From: Stellaceae bacterium
GTDB taxonomy: Bacteria; Pseudomonadota; Alphaproteobacteria; ATCC43930; CGMCC-115725
Direction: 5' to 3'
NCBI GenBank assembly: GCA_035605975.1
Contig: DATNGG010000167.1
Location: 643 to 64,642 of the forward strand
Length of the DNA: 64,000 bases
Made by a program: the position numbers and the translations under genes. Below, one piece after another: positions 39,174 through 48,870 of this stretch (its first letter is position 1; each line of letters begins with the position of its first letter). The notes below the pieces were generated by a model, which worked only from the letters and a program-made list of their open reading frames with translations, was not told where the DNA came from and did no database searches.

Positions 39174-40406
39174 ATGGAAGAACTCGATCTTCGCGCAACG
39201 CCCAGCGGCGAGGTTCTGCGCGGCATCATCGCCGCTTATGAGCGGATTCCGCGCGGGGAGCGCATCGCGATCGCCCTCGCCGCCTATAGTCCCGGGTTGC
39301 GCATGGGCTTGATCGAGGCCGGCGCCAAGCACGAAGCCGAGCGAACGCCGGGCGGCGATTGGCGTCTCGTCGTCCACGGCGCCTCGCGCTCGCTCAGCAC
39401 TGCGCCCGGCCTCCATCACATTGTCGCCGGCCCGGATGGGAGCGTGTGGACCTGCGAGCGCGCGCGCCGCGCCGCCCGCATCGATGGCGCCGCGCGCCAG
39501 GTGGCGGCCGTGCGCGAGGTCGCGCAAGCCGCCTCGCATATGGCACTCGATGCCGCAGCGGGCCGGCTCTACGTCGGCGACGCGCGGGGCAATGCGCTGA
39601 TCTGCCTGCGCGCGAGCGATCTCGAGCCGCTGGAGCGCTGGGACGTGCCCGGCTCGCCGCAGCTGCCGATCGTCAGCGAGGAGGGCATCGCTTGCGTCAC
39701 CGGCGGCGGCGCGGGCGTGCTGGCCATTGTGTGGCCCGGCCGGAACGGCTTTCGCACCAAGCTGGTCGAGGTCGGCGCGGGCCCCCATGATCCGCTTGCC
39801 ATGCCCGACGGATCCGCCGTGCTCGTGCCCTGCGCCGGCGACGGCGTGATCGTTCGGGTGAGCCTCGCCGACGGAGCAGTGAGCGGCCGTTTCCCGGTCG
39901 GCGATGGGCCGGCCCATCTCGCGCTTCATCCCGACGGCACGCGCATTTACGCCGCCAACAGCTTCGACGGCACCCTCGCCTGCCTGTCGCCAGACGGCGA
40001 TGTGCTCGGCCGGGTGTGGAGCGGCAACTGGGCGCATGTGCCGAAGGTGACGCCGGACGGAAAGCTGGTCTATGTCGCGAATTTCTATGACGACACGCTT
40101 GCCGTGTTCGATGCGCAAACGCTCGAGCGCGTCGCCGAGCTGAAGACCGATCCCTATCCGCACGGGCTCGATATCAGCCCCGACGGGACGAGCGTGGTCG
40201 CCACCGGATTTTGCGGCGATCATGCGCGCGTTTTCGACGGCGCCACCGGGCGCGAGCGCGCGCATATCGCGGTCGGCGAGGGTTCGGCGCACACCGCCTT
40301 CCTGCCGGATGGCAGCGCCGGCTTCGTCGGCTGCTCGATCAGCGATCACATCGCCGTCATCGATCTCGGCACGGGAGAAAGAAGCGGCGTCCTTCGCCTC
40401 GCCTGA
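39174..40406 (+). CDS. DUF2249-like N-terminal domain fused to a YVTN/YncE-type beta-propeller
   Basis: N-terminus LDLRATPSGEVLRGIIAAYERIPRGERIAIALAAYSPGL...GGDWRLVVHG is DUF2249-like. Then repeated xDGxxxYVAN-type blades: HPDGTRIYAANSFDGTL, TPDGKLVYVANFYDDTL, SPDGTSVVATG, LPDGSAGFVGC. Confidence 0.65.
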   Translation: MEELDLRATPSGEVLRGIIAAYERIPRGERIAIALAAYSPGLRMGLIEAGAKHEAERTPGGDWRLVVHGASRSLSTAPGLHHIVAGPDGSVWTCERARRAARIDGAARQVAAVREVAQAASHMALDAAAGRLYVGDARGNALICLRASDLEPLERWDVPGSPQLPIVSEEGIACVTGGGAGVLAIVWPGRNGFRTKLVEVGAGPHDPLAMPDGSAVLVPCAGDGVIVRVSLADGAVSGRFPVGDGPAHLALHPDGTRIYAANSFDGTLACLSPDGDVLGRVWSGNWAHVPKVTPDGKLVYVANFYDDTLAVFDAQTLERVAELKTDPYPHGLDISPDGTSVVATGFCGDHARVFDGATGRERAHIAVGEGSAHTAFLPDGSAGFVGCSISDHIAVIDLGTGERSGVLRLA

Positions 40407-40454
40407 GGCGCCGCGGGAGCGCCAGGGCGCAGGCCCGGGCGCTCGCGTCTCACC

Positions 40455-41435
40455 TCAGGATGTGTGCCCGGGCAGGAACTTCTCGGTATAGAGCTTGCTC
40501 ATATCGGGCTTCGCGGGCAGCGTCTTCATCTCGACGAAAGAGCGCTGCAGCACCGTCAGCGCCTCGGGATCGAACTTTCCCGTGTCCGAGAATTCCGGCA
40601 TCACCGCGTCATAGGTCTTGGCGACGATCTCGGGAGATTTCTGCATGATCGGCGTGACGATCTTCACCGTCTCGTCCTCGTGGCTGCGCATCCAGCGCAC
40701 CGCCTCGAACCAGCCCGCGTTGAAGCCGCGGACTTCGTCGGGATGCTGGGCGATGAGCTTGTTGGTCGCGAAAGTCACATGGACGATGAAATGCGGCACG
40801 ACATGGCCGAAATTCACCACCGCATGGGCGACGCCGAGCTCTTCGAGGCGCAGCGCCGATGCGACGTCCTGCGTCGCGGCGGCGACATTCTTGCTGCGCA
40901 GGCCGGCGACTTCCGCGCTGATGCTGCCGAGATAGACGACGTCGACGCCGTTCGTGCCCCAGCCTTGCTGGCGCGACAATTCCCGCACCAGCCAGTCGGT
41001 GAGCCCGCCGACCGTCGAGACGCCGACCTTGCGCCCCTTCAGATCGGCGCCGCTCTTGATCGGCAGATCCATGCGCGCCGCAATGGTGAGATCGTAAGGC
41101 GCGCCGGCAAAAGCCGCGATCGCCAGCACCGGCGCGCCCTTGGCGATGAAGGCGAGTTCCGGCCCCGAGCCCAAGCCGATATCCGCGGCGTCGGCCGCGA
41201 GTCCCTGCTGCAGCTTCGCGCTGCCGGCGAAATTGATGACCTGGATGTCGAGCCCGTGCTCCTTGAAGAAGCCTTGCGCGACGCCGACATCGACGGGCGT
41301 GAAATCGAGCGGCTGAGCCTGCGCCTTGCCGACGCGCAGCGTAACCGATTCCGCGGCGCCGGCCGCATTCGCCAGCGAAAGCGCCGCGAGCGCCGCGAGC
41401 GAGGCAACCCCCAATTTTCCCAACGTCCCTACCAT
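40455..41435 (-). CDS. ABC-type substrate-binding protein, NMT1/TauA family
   Basis: Signal peptide MVGTLGKLGVASLAALAALSLANAAGA. C-terminus PDMSKLYTEKFLPGH is shared with the divergent paralogue. Confidence 0.85.
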   Translation of the reverse strand: MVGTLGKLGVASLAALAALSLANAAGAAESVTLRVGKAQAQPLDFTPVDVGVAQGFFKEHGLDIQVINFAGSAKLQQGLAADAADIGLGSGPELAFIAKGAPVLAIAAFAGAPYDLTIAARMDLPIKSGADLKGRKVGVSTVGGLTDWLVRELSRQQGWGTNGVDVVYLGSISAEVAGLRSKNVAAATQDVASALRLEELGVAHAVVNFGHVVPHFIVHVTFATNKLIAQHPDEVRGFNAGWFEAVRWMRSHEDETVKIVTPIMQKSPEIVAKTYDAVMPEFSDTGKFDPEALTVLQRSFVEMKTLPAKPDMSKLYTEKFLPGHTS

Positions 41436-41627
41436 ACTTCCCCTCCGTCACAATGCTTGTCACACCTCTGCCGAGCTTGCCCCCGCCCTCGGCCGGACCC
41501 CGCCCTTCGATGCCAAGCCAAATTTGCATTTTCGCGCGGCTTCGTCGAGACTCATGATGGAACGCGCGCCCGGGCGAGCACCTTGCTCGCATCAAGGGAC
41601 GCCGCGCCGACGACAGAGGAGGAAGCT

Positions 41628-42614
41628 ATGGCCAAGACTCTCGCCCGCGTTCTTGCCCGCGCACAATGTTTCCTTGCGCTCGCGCTCAGCGTCTTCGTTG
41701 CAGCGGGGCCGACGGCGAGAGCCGCCGAGACGATCAATGTCGGCAAAGCCGATGCGAACTCGACCGCCTTCCTGCCCGTCCATGTCGGCGACCGGCTCGG
41801 CTTCTTCAAGAAACGCGGCATCGAGGTCAAGATCGCCGACTTCACCGGCGGCAGCAAAATGTCGCAGGCGATGGCGGCGGGCAGCATCGATATCGGGCTC
41901 GGCGCCGGCACCGAGATGGCGCTGGTCGCCAAGGGCGCGCCGATGCTCGCCGTGTGCGATATCATGCCGCCGATTTCGATCATCGGCATTGCCGTGCCGT
42001 GGGATTCGCCGGCTCGGAAAATCGATCAGCTCAAAGGCAAGCGGATCGGCATTTCGAGCGCCGGCTCGCTGACCGATTGGCTCGCCAAGCAGCTCGCCGC
42101 GCATGAGGGATGGGGAGCCGATGGCGTCAAGCCGGTCGCGATCGGCAACGGCGCCGCGGCGGCGATCGCGGCCTTTCGCACCCATGCGATCGACGCCGAC
42201 ATCGCCGTCACGTCCAATATCTTCAACTGGGAAGAAAAGAAGGAGGGGCGGCTTCTCGTTCCGGCGACGAGCTTCGTCGGCAATATCGCGGCAGGCGCGA
42301 TCTACGCAACGCGCCATTTGATTTCCGACAAGCCCGACGCGCTGCGCGGATTCCTCGCCGCCTGGCTTGATACGATCGGCTATATCGAGACGCACAAGAA
42401 AGAGACGATCAAAATCGGCAGCGAGGTCACCGGCTATTCCGAGAGCGTGATGACGAAGGAATACGACCTCTCCGCGCCGAATTTCAGCCGGGACTGCAAA
42501 TTCGACGCCGCCTCCCTTGCCAATCTCAAGCGCGCCTTCGTCGATCAGAAGCTGGTCGAGACTCCGCCCGACATGTCGAAGCTTTACACCGAGGCCTTCC
42601 TGCCCAAGCACTAG
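41628..42614 (+). CDS. ABC-type substrate-binding protein, NMT1/TauA family
   Basis: GGAGGAAG SD before ATG 41628. Signal peptide ..ALALSVFVAAGPTARA. C-terminus PDMSKLYTEAFLPKH. The track ORF (40464-) is extended antisense through the neighbouring gene. Confidence 0.85.
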   Translation: MAKTLARVLARAQCFLALALSVFVAAGPTARAAETINVGKADANSTAFLPVHVGDRLGFFKKRGIEVKIADFTGGSKMSQAMAAGSIDIGLGAGTEMALVAKGAPMLAVCDIMPPISIIGIAVPWDSPARKIDQLKGKRIGISSAGSLTDWLAKQLAAHEGWGADGVKPVAIGNGAAAAIAAFRTHAIDADIAVTSNIFNWEEKKEGRLLVPATSFVGNIAAGAIYATRHLISDKPDALRGFLAAWLDTIGYIETHKKETIKIGSEVTGYSESVMTKEYDLSAPNFSRDCKFDAASLANLKRAFVDQKLVETPPDMSKLYTEAFLPKH

Positions 42615-42727
42615 GTCGCTGCGGCCCGCTTGACTCGGCGCGCCGCCTCAACGAGGCTTGAACACCGCCGCACCGCATGCGCCGGGCAACGGCCGCGGAA
42701 TGCAGCACTTATCCAGGGAGGCATCGC

Positions 42728-43738
42728 ATGATGCGCAGCACTCTCCTTCCGCTCGCGGCCGCGGCCGCGCTGACGGTCGCTTCGGCGGCGTTCGCCGAGC
42801 CGCTCCTGCTAAAATATGGCGATCCCGGCCCGCCCACCGCTTCGATCCACACCGATCTGATCCAGCCTTGGTCCGACAAGGTGAGCAAGGAAAGCGGCGG
42901 CACGCTCAATGTGCGGGTTTATGCCGGCTATTCGCTGGTCGACATGCGCAACACGCTCGACCGTGTCGAGAACGGCGTCGCCGATTTCGCCTTCTGCGTC
43001 TTGGGCCCGGTCTCCTCCCAATTCCCCAAGACGCTCGTCGCCACCCTGCCCTTCGAAGCCGAAAGCGCGCATGAGGCGGGGCTCGCGCTGCAGCGCCTTT
43101 ACGACAAAGGGATCATCGCCGACGAGTGGAAGAGGGTGAAGCCGATCGCGTTCGGGGTTTTCGCCAATCTCACCTATCACACCGTGCCGCCGGTAAAGAT
43201 GCTCGAGGATCTCAAAGGGCTCAAGATCAGCGTTCAGGGCCGCATCGCCGGCCAGACCCTTGAAGCGCTCGGCGGCACGCCGATCACGCTGCCGATCAAC
43301 GATGTCTATGCGGCGCTGCAGCGCGGCACGATCCAGGGCTCGGCGATCGGCTGGCCCGCGACCGTCGCCTTCAAGCTGACCGACATCGTGCACAACCACG
43401 TGCAAGCCTCGCTCGGCGGCGAAGCGGCGATCATGATCATGAACAACAAGACCTATGGGCGTCTCTCCGGCGCGGGAAAGCGGGCGATCGACGCCAATAT
43501 CGGCACCGGCTACACGAACCGCTTCAACAAGGTGATCGACGACACCGAGGACGGCAACATCGCCGCCACCGAGAAGATGGGAAACCAGACGATCGTCAAA
43601 TTGCCGGCGGCGCAGCTCGCGGCCTGGAAGGCAAGGATCGCGCCGGTGATCGCCGATTGGGAAAAGCGTACCCCCGACGGCGCCAAGGTTCTGGCCGCCT
43701 TCCGCAAGGAGATCGCGGCGATCCGGGCAGGATCCTGA
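42728..43738 (+). CDS. TRAP transporter substrate-binding protein (DctP family)
   Basis: Signal peptide MMRSTLLPLAAAAALTVASAAFA. DctP-like pattern: ..LKISVQGRIAGQTLEALGGTPITLPINDVYAALQRGTIQG.. No dctQ/dctM nearby. Confidence 0.8.
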   Translation: MMRSTLLPLAAAAALTVASAAFAEPLLLKYGDPGPPTASIHTDLIQPWSDKVSKESGGTLNVRVYAGYSLVDMRNTLDRVENGVADFAFCVLGPVSSQFPKTLVATLPFEAESAHEAGLALQRLYDKGIIADEWKRVKPIAFGVFANLTYHTVPPVKMLEDLKGLKISVQGRIAGQTLEALGGTPITLPINDVYAALQRGTIQGSAIGWPATVAFKLTDIVHNHVQASLGGEAAIMIMNNKTYGRLSGAGKRAIDANIGTGYTNRFNKVIDDTEDGNIAATEKMGNQTIVKLPAAQLAAWKARIAPVIADWEKRTPDGAKVLAAFRKEIAAIRAGS

Positions 43739-43939
43739 GCCCAAGATCAAACGGGTAAGGCAGCACGCTGGAGAGTCCAAAAGGGGCTCGCCGCCGCTTT
43801 GCCATGCCGTCATCACAAATTTAACACAGCATGAGCGCCGGAACTCCGCGCGGAAGCTGAACCGGCGACGCCTCTTCGTCATTCCCACATGTGGATGGAA
43901 GCTGGACGGCAGCGGCAAAAGCAAGGGGAGAACAAAGCG

Positions 43940-45781
43940 ATGCCGGAGCGATTCGCGCCGAGCGGCCCGGAGGCATTGCTAGAGGCGTTGCGCGCGCGGG
44001 AGCGCTTCGCGCCGGCTGAAATTCTCGCAACAGCGCTCGCCGGCCTTCGCCCGCCCTGGTCCGTCTATCGCCACCACCAGCTCTCGGCCTTCGAGGCGGG
44101 GCGCGACGGCGGCTATGGCGGCCTCTACATCGTCCTCCACCCCGGCAAAGGCATCGCGCTGGTAGACCTCGAGCTGGCCGCTCCCTTCAGCGCCCTGCTT
44201 CGCCTGCGGCGCCTGCTTCAGGCGACGCAGTTCGAGCCTTTCCTGCGCGACCAGCCGCCCATCGTGGCACTGGCGCTCAATCGCGGCGACCTGCGCAATC
44301 TCGAACGGCGCCTTGCCGACGCGCTTGCCTGCGCCGGGGCCTGCCACATCGCCGAAGCCGATTGGACGGGCACCGCGATCTCGGCGATCGCATCGGTCGA
44401 TTTCGGACTGACCCAGGTGAAAGGCGGCGCGCCGCTCGCCCTGCCGCATCTAGGGCCGAGCCCGAGCGCTTTCCCGCCGCTCCCGGCCCTGGCGATGGCG
44501 GCAGGCCAGGTGGGACAGGCGCTCATGCGCGTCGCCGAGATGCGCGACCGCGCCTCGACGGCGCTGGCCCTCCCGCTCATCTCGGAGCTTGGCGCGCGCA
44601 CGGGGCGGGCCCTGGTCATCTGCAGCCGGCTGCCGCCGCTGGCGCGGCATAGCCTCGCTCGGCTCTGCATTACGCCGGAAAGCCAAAGGAGGTATGCCGC
44701 CGCGATCTTGGTCCAAGCGACGACCCGAGCGCTCGTCCCGGCAGGCACCGGCCTGCGCAAGCTTTGGGCGGCGCGGGGCGACGCGCAAATCACCATTGCG
44801 CAGGCTTGGGAAAGCGCTTCCCCTGGTTTCTGCCGCATGCGGACCGAAAGCCGCGACGCGTTGCGCTTGGCGGCAGCGGGGTTGCGTCTTGGCGCGCAGC
44901 AGGCCTATGCGCTCGCCGCTCGCCATGCATTATTGGCCACTGCCGCGGTGCGTGCATCGCTCGACAGCGTTCGCGGCACAATTGGCGCCGGTGCTCTCGC
45001 GCCGAGCCGTCTCGCCGTAGCGCTGCCTCTTCGCATCAGCCAAGCGCTGCCGCGGCTGCCCGCCGCTCGCCGCATCGAAGGGCGCGGAAGGCAGTTTGCG
45101 CTGGGAATTGGCGGTGCCGCGCTCTGCGCGATTGCCGCAGGTTTTCTTGTCGCGGCGCATGGACCGCTCACGCCGAGGGAAGCGCCGCCCGCGCGCGCAC
45201 AAGAAGAAATGACCGCGAGCGCGGCGAAGCCGCCTCAGGCGGCACCGGCACAATCCTCCCTCGCGCAAAACCAACCCGGAGACGCCGTGGTGATATCGCC
45301 AAACCACGCGCCGCCACGCGCCATCCTGGCGCAGCAAGCCGCCGGCGCTGCGGAGCGGGTGGCGCCGGCGGAGCCGGCAAAGCTCGCTGCTCCCGCCGCG
45401 ATCGAGGCTTCGAGCAAAGCGCGAAACGATGCGGCAGCGCGGACATCTCCGGCAACGCTTTCGGCGCTTCTCCTCGAGCCGGCCGCGATCCCCGAGCCCG
45501 AGTTCGAAGCGCCCGCGCCGAAGCCGCCAGCGGCGGCCGCGATCGCCAGCGCCTCCCCTGCCCTCCAAGCCAAACCCCTCGCCATCACCCCGAAGAGCGC
45601 CATCCAAAGCGCGATCATTGCCACGCCTTTGCCATGGCAACCCAGCCGGCTCCCCTACGGACCGCGGCCCCGCACGGAATGGGTGGCGACCGAGCCGACA
45701 CGCGCGATATCGGCGCGCGAGCGATGGTACAGCCCTTATGACGGCCCGGAATACGATTACGCCAATCGCCAATCCCAATGA
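43940..45781 (+). CDS. Large hypothetical protein with an Ala/Pro-rich low-complexity C-terminal half
   Basis: AAGGGGAG SD before ATG 43940. The N-terminal ~170 aa have ordinary composition; the remainder is Ala/Pro/Arg-rich. No family recognised. Confidence 0.4.
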   Translation: MPERFAPSGPEALLEALRARERFAPAEILATALAGLRPPWSVYRHHQLSAFEAGRDGGYGGLYIVLHPGKGIALVDLELAAPFSALLRLRRLLQATQFEPFLRDQPPIVALALNRGDLRNLERRLADALACAGACHIAEADWTGTAISAIASVDFGLTQVKGGAPLALPHLGPSPSAFPPLPALAMAAGQVGQALMRVAEMRDRASTALALPLISELGARTGRALVICSRLPPLARHSLARLCITPESQRRYAAAILVQATTRALVPAGTGLRKLWAARGDAQITIAQAWESASPGFCRMRTESRDALRLAAAGLRLGAQQAYALAARHALLATAAVRASLDSVRGTIGAGALAPSRLAVALPLRISQALPRLPAARRIEGRGRQFALGIGGAALCAIAAGFLVAAHGPLTPREAPPARAQEEMTASAAKPPQAAPAQSSLAQNQPGDAVVISPNHAPPRAILAQQAAGAAERVAPAEPAKLAAPAAIEASSKARNDAAARTSPATLSALLLEPAAIPEPEFEAPAPKPPAAAAIASASPALQAKPLAITPKSAIQSAIIATPLPWQPSRLPYGPRPRTEWVATEPTRAISARERWYSPYDGPEYDYANRQSQ

Positions 45782-46461
45782 GCGCCGGGCTGTTTGGCAT
45801 CATCGAGCGTCCGCTCTCCCGCGAGCGCGTGCCCGGAATTGCCGCCGCGCGCTGTCGCCGATAGGCAGAACAGCTTCGATTGCCCCGGCGAGCGCGCTTC
45901 GGCGACGCGGTTCTTCGCAACGGTCAGATAGTGGCAGCGATCAACGGCAAAGCCGGCGGTGGCCGCGCAGGCCATGACCTGATCGACCGGCCATTTGCGG
46001 TAGCGCGCATGGGCGTTGATTTGCGCGGAATAGGAGGTGACGATTAGCCGGCCTTCGGGCTTCAGCACGCGGCGCGCTTCCGCAAAGACCGCATCGAGAT
46101 CGAGATAGCCGATCGATTCGATGAACATCGCGATGTCGAAGCGCCGTGGGCCAAATGGCAGGCGGGCCGCGTCGGCCTGCACCGGCAAATCGAGGCCGTT
46201 GCGCCCCGCCCGGCGCAGCATCGCGAAGGAAAGATCGAGACCGACGACCGCGCAACCGGCGGCGCTCAGCTCGCCTTCCAGCTCTCCGGCACCGCAGCCG
46301 ACCGACAGGATCGCCTGGCGCGGCGGCAGAAGCGATCGCATCCATTGGCGAAACGCGGGGGATCGATAGGCAAAGGTGTCGTAGCCGCTATCGCGCCAGC
46401 CGCGCGTCCCGATCCGCGCATAAAAGCGAGAGCGCTGGGAAGCCTTGGATTGCGTCGGCAT
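45757..46461 (-). CDS. Class I SAM-dependent methyltransferase
   Basis: Motif I ILSVGCGAGELEGEL, post-I VVGLDLS, and a Methyltransf_11-like layout. Confidence 0.8.
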   Translation of the reverse strand: MPTQSKASQRSRFYARIGTRGWRDSGYDTFAYRSPAFRQWMRSLLPPRQAILSVGCGAGELEGELSAAGCAVVGLDLSFAMLRRAGRNGLDLPVQADAARLPFGPRRFDIAMFIESIGYLDLDAVFAEARRVLKPEGRLIVTSYSAQINAHARYRKWPVDQVMACAATAGFAVDRCHYLTVAKNRVAEARSPGQSKLFCLSATARGGNSGHALAGERTLDDAKQPGAHWDWRLA

Positions 46462-46558
46462 GTTTGGGACGGTCGATCGGCTGTGGATGCTGGCAGAGAG
46501 GGGCCCTCCGCCATCTTACTTGTCCCGCCCGCAATCCGCAGCTATCGCCTGGGGCCTA

Positions 46559-46822
46559 TCACCATTTTTTCGCCGCGAGGTCGCGCAGGGTCGCGTTGTC
46601 CTCTTGCGCCGCCGCCAGCTGCTTCTTCAGCTTCGCATTTTCCTTCTGCAGCTTGACGAGGCCGGCGGTATCGGGGCTTGGCGCCTTGCAGGATGGCGGC
46701 GCCGCTTCGGGTGAGCCGAAGAGGCCGGCGAACGGGCCGCCGGACGAGCTCTGGCACGCGGCAAGACCGAGCGCGGCCGCGCAGAGCAGCGGAATGACCC
46801 GGAAAGCTTGCTGATTCACCAT
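46559..46822 (-). CDS. Small lipoprotein with a coiled-coil tail
   Basis: Lipobox: RVIPLLCAAALGLAAC|QSS. C-terminal LVKLQKENAKLKKQLAAAQEDNATLRDL. Confidence 0.55.
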   Translation of the reverse strand: MVNQQAFRVIPLLCAAALGLAACQSSSGGPFAGLFGSPEAAPPSCKAPSPDTAGLVKLQKENAKLKKQLAAAQEDNATLRDLAAKKW

Positions 46823-47002
46823 GATCGAACTCTCCCCCGGGATGCGGCGCCAGCCGATCCTCGCCCGGGTCTTTTTAACGCCTGCTTAAAGTTCCGCCGC
46901 GGCGGGCGGCGGCCGGCAACGGGACCGATCCCGGCCATTTGGCGAAAATCCCATCCAATATTCAGCAAGGCTTGGTGCACAATCGCTTATTCTAGCGCGC
47001 CC

Positions 47003-48853
47003 ATGAGCCCTCATCTCGACATCGATCCGGCCGGCCGCGCGCGAACCCTGGGATTGGGTATCGCCGCCGTGGTCGTCGCCGTGATCATCTCGATGTGGGC
47101 GGCGGTCGCCATCTCGATCGTGCAGTCGCGCGACACCGCCCTCAAGGACATGGGGGCGACAGCCACCAACCTCGCCTTTGCCTTCGACGAGGAGGTGACG
47201 CACACGCTGGACAATGTCGCGGGCACGATCGACGCCGTCGCCAATCGCATGCGCGCTCAAGCGCCCGAGATGAACCTCTATGCGTGGTCGCGGCAGTTTC
47301 CGATTGTCGCCGGCCCGATCGTCGCCGTCGGCATCGCCGCGCCCAACGGGACGCTCGTCGCCGACACCACGGGACCCAAAGCGAAGCATGTCGATCTGGC
47401 GCAAAAATCCTATTTCCGCGTTCCGCTCGACCGCAGCTTCAGCGGGCTGTTCATCGGCGGTCCGGTCAAAGGCTGGGTTGGCGACCAAATGCTCATTCCA
47501 GTCTCGCAGCGCGTCGAGACGCAGAGCGGACGCAGCCTGGGCGTGTTGATCTTCCTGGTCTCGCCGGCGAAGCTGACACGGCTCTACCGCTCGATCGATA
47601 TCGGCGAGAACGGCCGGATCACGTTGGTCGGCAGGCACGGCATGATTCTCTCGCGGTTCGGCAAGCGCAGCCCGGACGGACTCGACGGCGTCGGCGAGAC
47701 CGCGCCGGAGAGCACCAATCCCGACTTCGTTGCCGAAAACAGTCGCGGCTCTTTCGTCGCCGAGGACGCGCAGGACCACGTCAAGCGCCTCTTCAGCTTC
47801 CGGCGCGGCGCCGACTATCCGCTGGTCGTGTCGGTGGGGCTCGACTACGATTCCGGCCTCGCGGTGGCGCGGGCCCATGCGATGACCATCTCCGCCCTCG
47901 CCGCCGTCGCGACGATCCTCCTCGCCGGCCTCGCCTTCTATCTCATCCGCGAGATCGCCAGCCGCGCGCGGCGCGACATGGAGCTCGCGGCCGAGCGCAG
48001 CAAGCTCCACGCCGCCAATCTCGAGCTGCAATCGGCCAATGCCGAGCTGAGCACGAGCAAGCAGGCCGCCGAGGTCGCGAGCGAGGCGAAATCGCTCTTT
48101 CTCGCCAATATGAGCCACGAGCTGCGCACGCCCTTGAACGCGATCATCGGCTTCTCGCAGCTCATCCGGGACGAGGCCATGGGTCCGGGGAAGCCGGTCT
48201 ATGCCGACTACGCGAGGGACATTTTCGGCGCCGGCGAGCATCTGCTCGAGATCATCAACAATCTGCTCGACATCTCGAAAATCGAGGCGGGCAAGACCGA
48301 GATCCGCGACGAGGTCATCGATCTCGACGAGTTGCTCGGCGCGAGCCTCGCCGCGGTGCGCATCCAGGCGCAGCGAAAGCAGCTCGCGCTGGTCCTCGAC
48401 ATGCCGCCCGGCATTCCGCGGCTGCGCGGCGATGCGCTGCGGCTGCGCCAAGTGTTGATCAACCTCCTCTCCAACGCGGTCAAATTCACCGAAGCCGGCG
48501 CGATCACGGTGACGGCGGCATGCGATGCCGCGCATGGCTTGACGGTCATGGTCATCGATACCGGCATCGGCATGTCGGAAGACGAGATCGCGGTCGCCTT
48601 GGAGCCGTTCGGCCAAGTCGAGAACGCGATCACCAAGCGTCATGAAGGGACGGGACTGGGGCTTTCGATCGCACGGCGGCTCGTCGAGCTGCATGGCGGC
48701 GGCCTTTCGATCGCGAGCGTCAAGGGCCAGGGCACCACCGTCAGCATCCGCTTTTCGCCCGAGCGTCTCGTTCTCTCGCTCGCGGAAATCGGGCCGGATA
48801 GTACGACGCTCCGCCAATTGCCGCGCGAGCGCCGGTCGCAGCGCTCGGCCTGA
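47003..48853 (+). CDS. Sensor histidine kinase (TM - Cache-like - TM - HisKA - HATPase_c), orphan
   Basis: H-box FLANMSHELRTPLNAIIGF, N-box LINLLSNAVKFT, G-boxes DTGIGM and GTGLGLSIARR. ATG 47003 precedes the first TM segment (LGIAAVVVAVIISMWAAVAI). Confidence 0.85.
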   Translation: MSPHLDIDPAGRARTLGLGIAAVVVAVIISMWAAVAISIVQSRDTALKDMGATATNLAFAFDEEVTHTLDNVAGTIDAVANRMRAQAPEMNLYAWSRQFPIVAGPIVAVGIAAPNGTLVADTTGPKAKHVDLAQKSYFRVPLDRSFSGLFIGGPVKGWVGDQMLIPVSQRVETQSGRSLGVLIFLVSPAKLTRLYRSIDIGENGRITLVGRHGMILSRFGKRSPDGLDGVGETAPESTNPDFVAENSRGSFVAEDAQDHVKRLFSFRRGADYPLVVSVGLDYDSGLAVARAHAMTISALAAVATILLAGLAFYLIREIASRARRDMELAAERSKLHAANLELQSANAELSTSKQAAEVASEAKSLFLANMSHELRTPLNAIIGFSQLIRDEAMGPGKPVYADYARDIFGAGEHLLEIINNLLDISKIEAGKTEIRDEVIDLDELLGASLAAVRIQAQRKQLALVLDMPPGIPRLRGDALRLRQVLINLLSNAVKFTEAGAITVTAACDAAHGLTVMVIDTGIGMSEDEIAVALEPFGQVENAITKRHEGTGLGLSIARRLVELHGGGLSIASVKGQGTTVSIRFSPERLVLSLAEIGPDSTTLRQLPRERRSQRSA

Positions 48854-48870
48854 GGCCGCTTCCGCCCGAC

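Noticed and set aside
40464-41627. N-terminal 388 aa of the 716-aa ORF 40464-42614. The N-terminal extensions of 54457-57336, 48871-50322, 50695-52056, 53549-55057 and 33586-35703 are the same kind of case.
   Set aside because: These extensions run antisense through, or overlap, neighbouring genes and are Arg-rich. Internal starts with SD sequences, signal peptides or stop/start overlaps give family-typical N-termini.
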